Numbered from the stretch's first letter, positions 49,967-59,557 are shown. The stretch is DNA of 64,000 nucleotides from an uncultured Candidatus Saccharibacteria bacterium (GCA_964585475.1 CAZPDF010000001.1:1441-65440), one strand, 5' to 3'. The notes: generated from the letters alone by a model not told the origin. Program-made: numbers and translations.

Positions 49967-50599
49967 ATGTACGAAGCAAAAAATTTCGACCATCTTTTAG
50001 GAACTGCCGGTTTTAGCGACACGCTGCTTAAGAATCACTTCACTCTCTATCAGGGTTACGTTACGAACACCAATAAATTATCCGACACACTACAGGAAAT
50101 GGTAAAAACCGGAAAAATAGGAACGCCGGAGTACGCGGAACTGAAGCGAAGATTCGGCTGGGAATTTAATGGGATGCGGCTTCACGAACTTTATTTTGGC
50201 AACATGAGGCATGCGAATAGCGCGCCTCCGCCTAGCGGCTCCGGCAATGCGAATGAGCCCATGCGAATGGATGCGGTGTTGGATTCGGAATCAGCGTTAA
50301 TGAAAAAAATCGTGGAGGACTTTGGAAACTACGAGAACTGGGAGAAAGATTTTAAAGGTACGGGTGCTATGCGCGGCATTGGCTGGACCATTCTTTACTA
50401 TGACCCGGAAGCCAATCGCATGTTCAATGTTTGGATAAATGAACACGACTTCGGGCATCTTGCTGGCTGTAAAACGCTCTTGGTGCTCGATGTTTTTGAG
50501 CATGCATATGTGCTTGATTATGGCCTCAAACGCGCCGACTATATTGAAGCGTTCTTTAAGGCGATCGACTGGCAGGCGGTAACAGAACGATTTAAGTAA
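49967..50599 (+). CDS. sodA: Fe/Mn superoxide dismutase
   Basis: ORF track gives 49949..50599. I prefer the ATG at 49967 (MYEAKNF...). It has the C-terminal metal-ligand motif DVFEHAYVLDY and an N-terminal H...H region. An extra Pro/Ser/Gly-rich insert (ANSAPPPSGSGNANEPMRMD) is present. Confidence 0.8.
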   Translation: MYEAKNFDHLLGTAGFSDTLLKNHFTLYQGYVTNTNKLSDTLQEMVKTGKIGTPEYAELKRRFGWEFNGMRLHELYFGNMRHANSAPPPSGSGNANEPMRMDAVLDSESALMKKIVEDFGNYENWEKDFKGTGAMRGIGWTILYYDPEANRMFNVWINEHDFGHLAGCKTLLVLDVFEHAYVLDYGLKRADYIEAFFKAIDWQAVTERFK

Positions 50600-50638
50600 A
50601 AAGTTGCTTTTTAGTAATTAATATGTTATAATAGAAAT

Positions 50639-50866
50639 ATGGAATCTTTAAGACCTAAAAATCCGGGAGAGCGGCACGAGACCCCGTTTCAAATAGATGC
50701 CGTCTATAAGGAGCCAGGCCAGGACATGATTGATATTATGAAGCGGGAGCTTGCCAAGAAAAGATCAACGCCAGGGCGGAGTGTTAAACCTGAAGATATA
50801 AGTGACGAAGAAGCGTCCCAGGCCATTTATAAAGAGCGAAAGATTGGCTTGCGAGAAAATGCTTAA
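50639..50866 (+). CDS. hypothetical small protein
   Basis: 75-aa ORF whose stop abuts the next start codon. Confidence 0.5.
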   Translation: MESLRPKNPGERHETPFQIDAVYKEPGQDMIDIMKRELAKKRSTPGRSVKPEDISDEEASQAIYKERKIGLRENA

Positions 50867-51085
50867 ATGATCGAGCAGATCGAGAAAGCTTTGGAAGAGA
50901 TTCGCCCGATGCTGGCACGCCACTTGGGCAACATTGAATTTGTGAAATTTGAAGAGGGAGTGGCCTACGTCCGGTTTCTTGGCACCTGCCACGGATGCCC
51001 GCTTTCGCAATTGACTCTTAAAGCCGGAGTAGAGGAGGTTTTGAGATCAAAAATTCCCGAGGTTGCAAGGGTGGAAGCGGTGTGA
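50867..51085 (+). CDS. NifU C-terminal (Nfu-like) domain protein
   Basis: 72 aa. IRPMLARHLGNIEFVKFEEGVAYVRFLGTCHGCPLSQLTLKAGVEEVL contains the CxxC motif. Confidence 0.8.
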   Translation: MIEQIEKALEEIRPMLARHLGNIEFVKFEEGVAYVRFLGTCHGCPLSQLTLKAGVEEVLRSKIPEVARVEAV

Positions 51086-51119
51086 TATACTGCATTCAGA
51101 TCCAACTGGAGAAAAGAAT

Positions 51120-51254
51120 ATGTTTGGCAATGAGCGCGTGAGGCATTGGCCTAATCCTGGCGGGAGTCCTGGTGACTTCGGTTTCGGCAAGACCAAACCC
51201 AAGAAGAGGCGGCTGTTGAAACTAACTCTTGAAAGGTTGAGTAATGTTCAATAA
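51120..51254 (+). CDS. possible 44-aa peptide (paralogous N-terminus with the next ORF)
   Basis: MFGNERVRHWPNPGGSPGDFGFGKTKPKKRRLLKLTLERLSNVQ. This is the internal Met of ORF 51063..51254. Confidence 0.35.
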   Translation: MFGNERVRHWPNPGGSPGDFGFGKTKPKKRRLLKLTLERLSNVQ

Positions 51255-51384
51255 CGAGCGCGTGCGGCATGATGAGGGTGGCATCGTTGTTGCCTGTCCA
51301 CACTGTAAAGCCAAGGTATTTAAGCCGATCAGGATAGGCGGAGTTTCTTGTTGCCCACTGTGCAAGACCCCATTATTTAGATAG
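51244..51384 (+). CDS. possible 46-aa zinc-ribbon peptide
   Basis: Found by eye. It reads MFNNERVRHDEGGIVVACPHCKAKVFKPIRIGGVSCCPLCKTPLFR, with two CxxC pairs. It overlaps the previous ORF by 11 nt. Confidence 0.4.
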   Translation: MFNNERVRHDEGGIVVACPHCKAKVFKPIRIGGVSCCPLCKTPLFR

Positions 51385-51477
51385 TAAGCCGACGATCTCT
51401 GACCGTTCGGTTTTTTATTTGTTTGTCCAAATTTTTGAGCAAGATGTGCGATGAAAATTTGGTTCACAAACAAATAA

Positions 51478-51625
51478 CCCCTCACCAATTTTGCCAAGTA
51501 TTACAGAATGGGGTCGATGGGTATACCCAATCGAGATCCACCCGCGAAGCGCGCGTGCCGAATAGGCACATCCCTAATGGGCGAAGCGTTTCGCTCTCTA
51601 CTACTTTGTAAAATTGGTGACGGGG
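51478..51625. repeat. CCCCGC-family long palindromic element (shares a core with 56430..56575)
   Basis: Arms are cccctcaccaattttgc / gtaaaattggtgacgggg. The interior contains cgcgcgtgccgaataggcacatccctaatgggcgaagcg, the reverse complement of the core in the clpB leader copy. Confidence 0.65.
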
Positions 51626-51639
51626 TTGATTTTAGAATC

Positions 51640-51667
51640 TTGACGAATTGATTCCCAGTTATATAAT
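51640..51667 (+). promoter_or_regulatory. sigma-70 promoter upstream of htrA
   Basis: TTGACG (51640..51645), a 16-nt spacer and TATAAT (51662..51667). It is followed by a ~200-nt hairpin-rich leader. Confidence 0.6.
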
Positions 51668-51873
51668 TTGAAGGAAAGGCGCGAAGTCGAGTTCAGCTCG
51701 ACCAAGCGCTACTTTAAGAAAATGCAGCGAGCGAGTGTAATTCTATTTAGAGACAATGGGAGGAGCGATTTGCTTGGTTCCGCGCAATCGCGGAAAATCG
51801 CGACGACCCTTAGCGAGGCCGCCGCAGGAGCGGCCGAGTCGTGTCGAGAAATAGAATTACCGAGCAAACGGTT

Positions 51874-53133
51874 ATGGACGAGAACCAACCCACAACCCGG
51901 CAAATAGTGCTTTTTACAGTTGTTTTAAGTTTTATTGTCTCGATAATCGGGACTGTTTTGACTTTGGGAGTTTTTGGTCCGCTTTTTGGGGGGGACGAAG
52001 GGGGAGGGCCTATTCTTTTTAACCGTCCGAAGATTTTGGAAAAAATCACCGAGCGGGAAACCACCGAACGCGTTCTGCGGCAGGACGAGCTTGCGGTGAA
52101 AGTCGTGGAAGAAGCGTCTCCGGCAGTAGTCAGCATTATTGCTTCAAAAGACGTACCGGTAATTGAGCAATTTTTTACCGATCCCTTCGGGGACGACCCG
52201 GTTTTTAAGCAATTTTTTGGAGATCAGGGATCCGGCTTTCGTATTCCGCAGTTTCGGCAGAAGGGCACCGAGAAGCAAGAGGTTTCCTCCGGCACCGGCT
52301 TTATTGTCTCTTCGGACGGCCTCATTATTACGAATAAACACGTAGTGTCTGATCTTGAAGCGTCTTATACGGTTTTCATGAATGACGGTCGGCATCTGGG
52401 AGTGAAGATCTTGGCACGTGATCCGTTTCAGGACTTGGCGGTATTAAAAATTGAAGGCGGCAATTTTCCTTCGGTGCGGCTTGGCGATTCATCCCGAGTA
52501 AAAATCGGTCAGACCGCAATTGCGATCGGGAACGCCTTGGGCGAATTTAGAAACACGGTTTCCGTAGGCGTTATCTCCGGTCTCCATCGCTCGGTGGTGG
52601 CTTCCGGTGCTCCGGCCGGCCCCGAGACATTGCAGGAACTAATCCAGACCGATGCGGCCATAAATCCGGGCAATTCCGGCGGCCCGCTTCTTAATCTTTC
52701 GGGAGAAGTAATCGGGATTAATACCGCCATGGCGCAGGGCGCGGAGAACATCGGCTTTGCCATTCCGATAAATAAGGCGAAGCGTGATATAGAAAGTGTC
52801 CAAAAACAAGGAAAAATTGTGTATCCGCTTCTGGGAGTGCGCTACGTTCCCATTACCAAAGAGCTGGCCGAGAAAGATAAGTTGGGGCGGGATTACGGCG
52901 CGCTCTTGATTTCTAGCGCGAATGATCCGGCTATTGTTTCAGGTGGCCCGGCAGATAAAGCCGGACTCAAAGAAAAAGATATACTTCTTGAGCTAAACGG
53001 CGAGCGGATTGACGCGGAGCATACGCTTGCCTCTCTCATTCAAAAATATCAGCCGGGAGACGAGGTGACGTTTAAAGTATTCCGCGACGGAAAGGAATTT
53101 GAGGCGAAGGTAAAATTTGATGAGAGAAAATGA
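51874..53133 (+). CDS. htrA: HtrA/DegP-family serine protease with PDZ domain
   Basis: ORF track gives 51841..53133 (GTG start). I prefer the ATG at 51874. It has a TM anchor and the catalytic residues His (ITNKHVV), Asp (DLAVLKI) and Ser (GNSGGPLLN), with a C-terminal PDZ domain. Confidence 0.9.
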   Translation: MDENQPTTRQIVLFTVVLSFIVSIIGTVLTLGVFGPLFGGDEGGGPILFNRPKILEKITERETTERVLRQDELAVKVVEEASPAVVSIIASKDVPVIEQFFTDPFGDDPVFKQFFGDQGSGFRIPQFRQKGTEKQEVSSGTGFIVSSDGLIITNKHVVSDLEASYTVFMNDGRHLGVKILARDPFQDLAVLKIEGGNFPSVRLGDSSRVKIGQTAIAIGNALGEFRNTVSVGVISGLHRSVVASGAPAGPETLQELIQTDAAINPGNSGGPLLNLSGEVIGINTAMAQGAENIGFAIPINKAKRDIESVQKQGKIVYPLLGVRYVPITKELAEKDKLGRDYGALLISSANDPAIVSGGPADKAGLKEKDILLELNGERIDAEHTLASLIQKYQPGDEVTFKVFRDGKEFEAKVKFDERK

Positions 53134-53252
53134 TTTATCATGCGCGAGAGCGTGTCCGGCCCCCTTCTTTAGCGAACCCAACTTGGAAACCCCGTTTCCA
53201 AGTTATGCGGGACTGGCGAAAGCATAAATGAAAGATCAAAAAACCAGCCGCA

Positions 53253-53627
53253 TCAATCGGGCTGGTTTTGGTTTGCGCGGTTTTTCCAGAGCGTAAAACA
53301 TCCGCAGAGAAAAGAGATAAGAAAAAATCCATACATGAGCTGCGCCCCCAGCGGATGTTCAAGTACTTGAAAGGTAAATGCAATCACTATGACGCCAACT
53401 GAATACCCCAGTACTGACCCGCAGTTGATGCCAAAGATATGTCGCCGGAAAGTCATCGCCGCCAAGTAGCCGACCAGAAGCGATATGAGCATCCACCCCA
53501 TTAAGATTAGCCGACTTAGCACTTCAAAATTATTGTGGATTAGCACGATTCCGCCTAAATAGGGAATGGGGATCAAAATAAGACATATTCCCGCCAGACG
53601 CCTTTTCCATATGACGGTCATATTCAT
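53253..53627 (-). CDS. polytopic membrane hypothetical protein
   Basis: 124 aa with about 4 TM helices. It overlaps the upstream gene by 4 nt. Confidence 0.6.
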   Translation of the reverse strand: MNMTVIWKRRLAGICLILIPIPYLGGIVLIHNNFEVLSRLILMGWMLISLLVGYLAAMTFRRHIFGINCGSVLGYSVGVIVIAFTFQVLEHPLGAQLMYGFFLISFLCGCFTLWKNRANQNQPD

Positions 53628-54358
53628 CGCAATCCTCCGGTGCCACCCCTTAACCGCATTTTGAACGTTTCATTGTCTCGCCAGGAGACCAGTTTTTCCT
53701 GCAGGCCTTTATAGATCAGCCGATCGAATTTTTTCCCTTTGAAAACGATGAGATAATGATCCGCAAAATCAAGCGCGGGAATTTCTTCCAGCTTTTTCGC
53801 ATCGCGGAAGAAGAGATGAATCTTGGCCCTCCATAGCCAGAGAGCGACACTCTCGGGCAAGGGACTATGCATAATAGAAAGGAGCATGGAGGTATCATTG
53901 AAGTCGGCGATCGAGCGCTCTAGAAATTCAAAGATCCTTCTGCCTTCTCTATCCAGAAATCCTTCCGGCACAAATCCGCCCTTTATCATTTTTTCTTCAG
54001 CTTGAGCAAGATCGGCCAGTGTTCGCATCTCGCCAAGATTTTGCAGAAACGGCCTCCAGGTGTCGAGCCCCTCACTTTGGAAATGGATCTCCGGCCGTTC
54101 TTCGATGAGGCGGTCGCAAGTTACACCGACGCACTCTTTAGAGTATTTTGCGAGCGCGCGGGCGGTTTCTTGGCAAATGCGTGAAGGAGCATAGAAAACT
54201 TTATCAAAAGGATATTGATCAAATTCCATCCGCACGAGATCTTTTAGATATCGTTCTCCTTTATCCTCTTTTTTTAGTCCGGCATCGGGGTCGTTTGAGG
54301 CGCGTTCCCCAAAACGCATGAGACTCACGCCTATAAGCTGGTCGGAGTTATTCGCCAT
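53624..54358 (-). CDS. hypothetical protein (degenerate histidine-phosphatase-like N-terminus?)
   Basis: 244 aa. SLMRFGERA sits where the RHGE motif of the histidine phosphatase family would be, but with Phe in place of His. The family call is weak. Confidence 0.55.
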   Translation of the reverse strand: MANNSDQLIGVSLMRFGERASNDPDAGLKKEDKGERYLKDLVRMEFDQYPFDKVFYAPSRICQETARALAKYSKECVGVTCDRLIEERPEIHFQSEGLDTWRPFLQNLGEMRTLADLAQAEEKMIKGGFVPEGFLDREGRRIFEFLERSIADFNDTSMLLSIMHSPLPESVALWLWRAKIHLFFRDAKKLEEIPALDFADHYLIVFKGKKFDRLIYKGLQEKLVSWRDNETFKMRLRGGTGGLR

Positions 54359-54415
54359 AGTTCCCCACGTTTTTCTGGAACTGGATATAGTATAAATATG
54401 ATGTCGGCTTTGGTC

Positions 54416-54560
54416 AACCCCGCACCTTTTATGCGCTAGGCCACCTCGCGAGCACCGGATTCTTATACCTATTCGGCACTTACTCTATACAGAGTTAATC
54501 TCGGCATACAGTGTACCTGTGAGGTGGCTGGTGCGATGCGGCGCATAAAAGGTGCGGGGT
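54416..54560. repeat. CCCCGC-terminated long palindromic element
   Basis: Arms are aaccccgcaccttttatgcgc / gcgcataaaaggtgcggggt. Second-tier arms are ggccacctc / gaggtggc. It is flanked on both sides by tcaa. Confidence 0.7.
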
Positions 54561-54634
54561 CAACTAATCCCTTGGTTTGACGAAAATTCATTGTAGGTTT
54601 ACTTTTGAAGCAAGACCCTTTGGAGTAAAAGAAG

Positions 54635-54850
54635 ATGAATGGGGCAAAGATCTTCTGCCTTCGATGCGAGAAAGAAATAAGTTCAGCGAATCATGAGTGT
54701 GATTTCGAAGCCGCGACAGGTTTTTCCATAGTGAGTGCGTTTAAGGACTCATTTTCACATCGTCCCCTGAAGCCAAAATCAATATGGAAGTTCTTTGTGG
54801 TTTTAGGGATCCTCGGCATCCTTGCTTTGCTTATTGGTGTATTATTCTGA
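54635..54850 (+). CDS. small zinc-ribbon/TM hypothetical protein
   Basis: 71 aa with CLRCEKE...HEC and a C-terminal TM helix (FFVVLGILGILALLIGVLF). Confidence 0.55.
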   Translation: MNGAKIFCLRCEKEISSANHECDFEAATGFSIVSAFKDSFSHRPLKPKSIWKFFVVLGILGILALLIGVLF

Positions 54851-55106
54851 TCTGGCGAGTTTCCCGGACTGCCGTAGCAAATTTTCCTTCACTTAGGCCC
54901 TTAGCAGATAGTTAAACTTTGGACAGGCAACTCGCTTGTCTTTTTGTATTTTGTTTCCTGCGATATCCACACGCCTTCCAAGAGCCGGTTGAGGCAATGG
55001 TTGGAAACGCTGGCGTGGGTTCCGAAACGCGCCGAAGCAAGAATCCCGCAGGGGCCTTAAAGTTTTCCAGAGACAGGCAGTCGAAATCTGGCTGCCTTTT
55101 TATTTA

Positions 55107-55247
55107 CCCCGTTACAAGAAAGCCACGGGTGTAAGCCCGTGGATGAATTGCGCCGTTCCTGCCAGCCTTAAGATAAAATGCCACGAGCGTAAGCTCGTGG
55201 TCGCCTTGTAACGGGGTTTACCGGGAAACCCCGCACGAAGTGCGGGG
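55107..55247 (+). ncRNA. candidate structured RNA / cis-regulatory leader
   Basis: A 12-bp stem (ccccgttacaag / cttgtaacgggg) encloses two near-identical hairpins: ccacgggtgtaagcccgtgg (55123..55142) and ccacgagcgtaagctcgtgg (55181..55200). They differ by a compensatory G:C to A:T change. The hairpin ccccgcac-gaa-gtgcgggg follows at 55229..55247. ggggttt-accggg-aaacccc offers a mutually exclusive pairing. Confidence 0.4.
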
Positions 55248-55335
55248 AGGGTGTCATTTAATACCTTTTTAACTCTTGACTTCGATACCGACTATATGAT
55301 AAGATTTTAACGGTACTCTTATAATAATAGGGTGT

Positions 55336-55776
55336 GTGATGCAAAAGATCGTGTTCATTGCGTTTGGACTGATGCTGTCAATGGTGGTAGCTGCTAACGT
55401 TTCTGCGGAAGAATACGGTGATATCGGCATCAAGTGGGGCGTTGCAACTGGATTACAGACCGATCCCGCCACAGGAGAAAAAAAGAGCGTAGTCGCGAGC
55501 GTTTTCATTACCGATATTGCCCCAGGAGGTCCGGCGGAACGAGCTGGAGTTCCTGAGAGGGGTACCCTGATTTCTGTGGATGGAAAGAAAATCACGGAGA
55601 TGCCCATAACGAATAATCGCATACATCTCGGTATTCGCGGGCCCGTGGGCACCGCGGTGACGATTGAGATTTTCACACAAAGGGTAAAGAACGGGGTGGT
55701 TCACCTTGGCCTGAAGAAGTTTACGATTACCAGAGAGAAGCTCAATACCCTCGACAAAAATTCAGCGGAAAAATAG
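55336..55776 (+). CDS. secreted PDZ-domain protein
   Basis: 146 aa with a signal peptide (IAFGLMLSMVVAANVSA) and the PDZ pattern VFITDIAPGGPAERAGVPERGTLISVDGKKI. Confidence 0.75.
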   Translation: MMQKIVFIAFGLMLSMVVAANVSAEEYGDIGIKWGVATGLQTDPATGEKKSVVASVFITDIAPGGPAERAGVPERGTLISVDGKKITEMPITNNRIHLGIRGPVGTAVTIEIFTQRVKNGVVHLGLKKFTITREKLNTLDKNSAEK

Positions 55777-55923
55777 ATCGAGATCCGACCCGGTAGTCGG
55801 ATCTTTTTTCTTTTGACTTTTTTTGAGCTCATGTTATAATTAACGGCACTGGGGCTTCCTTGGCCTGAAGGAGTACCCCAGTATTTGGGTTCTAAACGAG
55901 AGACGACGACGAGGAGGATGACG

Positions 55924-56268
55924 ATGGCAAGATCAAAGATTGTGGTTAAATACTTCAGCGACCCGAACTTCAGAGAGTACCACGTGAGCAAGGAGATCTC
56001 TCTGTCTCACGAGATTTTCAAGAGACCGCTCCGCCCCCGATCCAATGAGTATCTGAAAAGGGTCGGCAAGGTAGGCGCAGAGCTCGTGAGGGATATCATC
56101 GCAGTGCCGGGTGTCGCTTCGGTCGGCATCGAGTCCTACCACCTGTGGGTGTCGAAGGGACATGCCTTCGAGTGGGCGGAGATCGAGTCCTATGTAGTTA
56201 ACGCCCTCAAGCAGGCAGTCGGTACGGATGTCGAGGTCGTTGAGCCAACGCCCTTCCCTTACCGTTAA
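55924..56268 (+). CDS. Nfu/NifU N-terminal-like domain protein
   Basis: ORF track gives 55885..56268. I prefer the ATG at 55924, which lies 6 nt after AGGAGG. DIIAVPGVASVGIESYHLWVSKGHAFEWAEIESYVVNALK resembles the Nfu_N pattern (GV..V.....FITV.K.....W). Confidence 0.55.
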   Translation: MARSKIVVKYFSDPNFREYHVSKEISLSHEIFKRPLRPRSNEYLKRVGKVGAELVRDIIAVPGVASVGIESYHLWVSKGHAFEWAEIESYVVNALKQAVGTDVEVVEPTPFPYR

Positions 56269-56382
56269 GTTGTCGGGTTAGAATACAAGTGGCGTTCAGG
56301 CCCGCCGCTCGTGTTCGCCCCGCCGAAACAGCCAGTCGTAACTAAGGGGAGGCCGCAAGGTCCCCCCTTCCTAATTATGCTC

Positions 56383-56411
56383 TTGATTTCCGTAAAAAAT
56401 TTTGGTATACT
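56383..56411 (+). promoter_or_regulatory. sigma-70 promoter for clpB
   Basis: TTGATT (56383..56388), a 17-nt spacer and TATACT (56406..56411), about 220 nt upstream of the clpB ATG. Confidence 0.55.
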
Positions 56412-56429
56412 AGAGGTATTAGTAGCCTT

Positions 56430-56575
56430 CCCGCCCTAATTTTGCTAGATAAAACAAGCGCAAGACGCTTCGCCCGTTGAGGGATGTGCCTATCCGGCAC
56501 GCGCGTCTTGTTAGGATTTCCGGGTGTGTACTTTGCTGGGGTTTATACTTTTTGATAGGGCAAAATTAGAGCGGG
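56430..56575. repeat. CCCCGC-family long palindromic element inside the clpB leader
   Basis: Arms are cccgccctaattttgc / gcaaaattagagcggg with one mismatch. The core is acgcttcgcccgttgagggatgtgcctatccggcacgcgcg, enclosed by the stem caagacgc / gcgtcttg. Confidence 0.65.
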
Positions 56576-56630
56576 ATGGTCATAATTTCAGCGAAAATTT
56601 GTTCGCTGAAACTCCAAATTTTCGGAAATT

Positions 56631-59306
56631 ATGCCACCTTTTCAACAATTCACCATCAAAGCCCAAGAGGTCTTGAAAAAAGCGCATGACCTTGCGCTGG
56701 AAAGATCACATCATCAAATTGATGTGCTGCATTTGCTTACCGGATTGATCTTGCAGGAGGAGGGGACGGTGGACGCGATTTTGGAAAAACTTGAGATAGA
56801 TGTTTCCATGATTGCTGACCGGCTTCTGGAAACTCTGGACTCGATGCCTCGCGGGGCAATGATCGCGACCCCTCTCGGGCAGGTCTATTTGACGCAGGAT
56901 TTGGCAAAAGTGATCGAGCAGGCGCATAGGGAAGCGGCGCAATTGAAAGATGAATTTATTTCAACCGAGCATCTCTTCTTGGCATTGGTTGAGGTACCTT
57001 CCAGGGCCAAAGAAATGCTTGAGCGGGAGGGCCTGAATAAAGAGATGATTTTACGCGCTTTAGCCGAGCTTCGAGGCGGGCAGAGGATTACCGACCCCGA
57101 ACCAGAAACTAAGTATAATGTCATTGAAAAATACGCGCGTAACTTGACGCGCCTGGCGCGTCAGGAAAAACTCGACCCCGTGATTGGGCGCGAGAACGAA
57201 ATCAGGAGAGTCATGGAAGTTTTATCCCGCCGCACGAAGAATAACCCTGTCCTTATCGGAGAAGCGGGGGTGGGGAAAACAGCCATTGCCGAGGGATTGG
57301 CGCAGAGGATAGTTTCCGGCGACGTGCCGGAAACCCTGAAGGATAAGGACCTTATTTCCGTGGATCTTGCCGCAATTGTAGCGGGCACCAAATACAGGGG
57401 AGAATTTGAGGATCGGGTGAAAGCGATTTTACGCGAGATCGAGAGAGCGCAGGGTAAATACATAATTTTTATTGACGAGCTGCATACGATTGTCGGCGCC
57501 GGGGCCGCGGAAGGCGCGATTGACGCCTCCAACATGTTAAAACCGGCGTTAGCGCGCGGAGAACTCCATGCTATTGGCGCTACCACCCTCAAAGAATATC
57601 AGCGCTATATCGAGCGCGATCCGGCCCTCGCTCGCCGCTTCCAGCCGGTATACGTGGATGAGCCAAGCGTGGAAGACACCGTTGCGATACTGCGGGGGCT
57701 CAAACCAAAATATGAGGCGCATCACGGGATTAAGATCACCGATGGCGCTATTGTGGCTGCCGCCAATCTTTCGTCGCGCTACATAACTGATCGTTTTCTG
57801 CCGGATAAAGCGGTGGACCTAGTTGACGAGGCATCATCTTCCCTGCGTCTTGAGATGGACAGTCTACCCAAAGATCTGGATGACACGCGGAGGAGAATTA
57901 TGAAGCTTGAAATTGAAAAGGAGGCCATCAAAAAGGAGATTGACAGAAAAAGTAAGGAGCGGTTGAAAAAACTTGTGAGTGAAATTGCGGAGCTGCAAGG
58001 TGGCACGCAAGCCATGGAAGAAGCGTGGAAGCAGGAGAAAGAAACCATTGTCGGGATCCGCGCCATGAAAAAAGAGTTGGATACTGCGCGTCAGGAATCG
58101 GATATTGCCGAGAGAGCGGGAGAATTCGGGAAAGTAGCCGAACTTCGCTACGGAAAAATTCCGCAGACCGAGACCAAGCTTGACGAGGCCGAAAAACTTC
58201 TTAAGAAACTTCAGAATTCTCGGCATCTTGTGCGCGGGGAAGTTACGGAGGAAGATATCGGTTCCGTGGTCGCCCGCTGGACCGGAATTCCGGTAACGAA
58301 GATTCTTGAAACCGAAGCCGTGCGCTTGACGAAGATTGAGGAAGAGCTTAAAAAGCGAGTCATCGGGCAGGGAGAGGCCGTTGAGAAAATTGCGAATGCG
58401 GTGCGCCGCTCAAGAGCCGGCATTGCCGAGGAAAATCGTCCCATCGGCTCCTTCATATTCTTGGGCCCCACCGGAGTAGGAAAAACCGAGCTTGCCAAAA
58501 CCCTGGCTGAGTTTTTATTTTCGGACGAGAAGGCCTTGATTCGCGTGGATATGTCCGAATACATGGAGCGACACACGGTTTCCAAATTCATTGGCTCTCC
58601 TCCCGGATACGTAGGGTATGAGGAGGGGGGCCAATTGACCGAGCTTGTGAAGCATCGGCCCTATTCGGTAATACTTTTTGATGAGATAGAAAAAGCGCAT
58701 CCGGAGGTCTTCAATGTTCTTTTGCAGATTCTGGATAACGGGCGTTTGACCGATGCCAAAGGCCGCATGATTAATTTCAAAAACACGATAATTATAATGA
58801 CTTCCAATATCGGCGGGGAGTATGCGCAAGAGATGGGGAAAATAGGATTTGCGAGCGGAGACGAGGATACCAGGGAACGGAAAGAAGGCGACATGAAAGA
58901 TAAGATAAGAAAGGCCCTTGAGCGTCATTTCCGGCCTGAGTTTTTGAATCGCCTGGATGAAATAATAATTTTCTCCTCGCTTACGCCGGAAGTCATCCAA
59001 AAAATTGTTGAAATACAACTCGAGCGCGTGGTTAAGCGTATGGCCGGGCGCGAAATATCTGTTTCATTCACCGGAGAGGTCAAGAAATTTATCGCGGAGA
59101 AGGGTTACGACCCGACTTACGGAGCGCGGCCCCTGAAGCGCGCGATCCAGACGCATATTCTTGATATGCTCGCGCAGGAAATTATTGCGGGGAAAATCGG
59201 GGAAGGGGATGCGGTTTTGGTTGACGCCAAAGACGGGAAGGCGGTTTTTGGGAAAGGAGTTAAAAGAGTTGGAGGGAAAAGAGCGGTGGTAGTGGCGAAA
59301 AGTTAA
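56631..59306 (+). CDS. clpB: ATP-dependent chaperone ClpB
   Basis: 891 aa with a Clp_N repeat, NBD1 ([23 protein letters not shown]), a long coiled-coil middle domain, NBD2 ([26 protein letters not shown]) and [10 protein letters not shown]. Confidence 0.95.
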   Translation: MPPFQQFTIKAQEVLKKAHDLALERSHHQIDVLHLLTGLILQEEGTVDAILEKLEIDVSMIADRLLETLDSMPRGAMIATPLGQVYLTQDLAKVIEQAHREAAQLKDEFISTEHLFLALVEVPSRAKEMLEREGLNKEMILRALAELRGGQRITDPEPETKYNVIEKYARNLTRLARQEKLDPVIGRENEIRRVMEVLSRRTKNNPVLIGEAGVGKTAIAEGLAQRIVSGDVPETLKDKDLISVDLAAIVAGTKYRGEFEDRVKAILREIERAQGKYIIFIDELHTIVGAGAAEGAIDASNMLKPALARGELHAIGATTLKEYQRYIERDPALARRFQPVYVDEPSVEDTVAILRGLKPKYEAHHGIKITDGAIVAAANLSSRYITDRFLPDKAVDLVDEASSSLRLEMDSLPKDLDDTRRRIMKLEIEKEAIKKEIDRKSKERLKKLVSEIAELQGGTQAMEEAWKQEKETIVGIRAMKKELDTARQESDIAERAGEFGKVAELRYGKIPQTETKLDEAEKLLKKLQNSRHLVRGEVTEEDIGSVVARWTGIPVTKILETEAVRLTKIEEELKKRVIGQGEAVEKIANAVRRSRAGIAEENRPIGSFIFLGPTGVGKTELAKTLAEFLFSDEKALIRVDMSEYMERHTVSKFIGSPPGYVGYEEGGQLTELVKHRPYSVILFDEIEKAHPEVFNVLLQILDNGRLTDAKGRMINFKNTIIIMTSNIGGEYAQEMGKIGFASGDEDTRERKEGDMKDKIRKALERHFRPEFLNRLDEIIIFSSLTPEVIQKIVEIQLERVVKRMAGREISVSFTGEVKKFIAEKGYDPTYGARPLKRAIQTHILDMLAQEIIAGKIGEGDAVLVDAKDGKAVFGKGVKRVGGKRAVVVAKS

Positions 59307-59557
59307 GGCGCGGTTTCTTCTTTATTGGGCAGGCCTCGGCATATCGCCTCGAAAAGACGCTCGCCGCGCTTAAACTTTTAAACATTTAAACTTTCCCGGC
59401 TCGCTAAGGTTCCGGCCGCCATGAATTAGTTACCAGTTACCATTTGTTATTCGGGCGGCCTCCATATTCTTTTCTCGGCAACATGCCTCGACCTGCGCGA
59501 TTGTTCGACCGCGCCAAACCATCCGTCTATGTTAATAAACTAGGATAGAAGTAAGAG

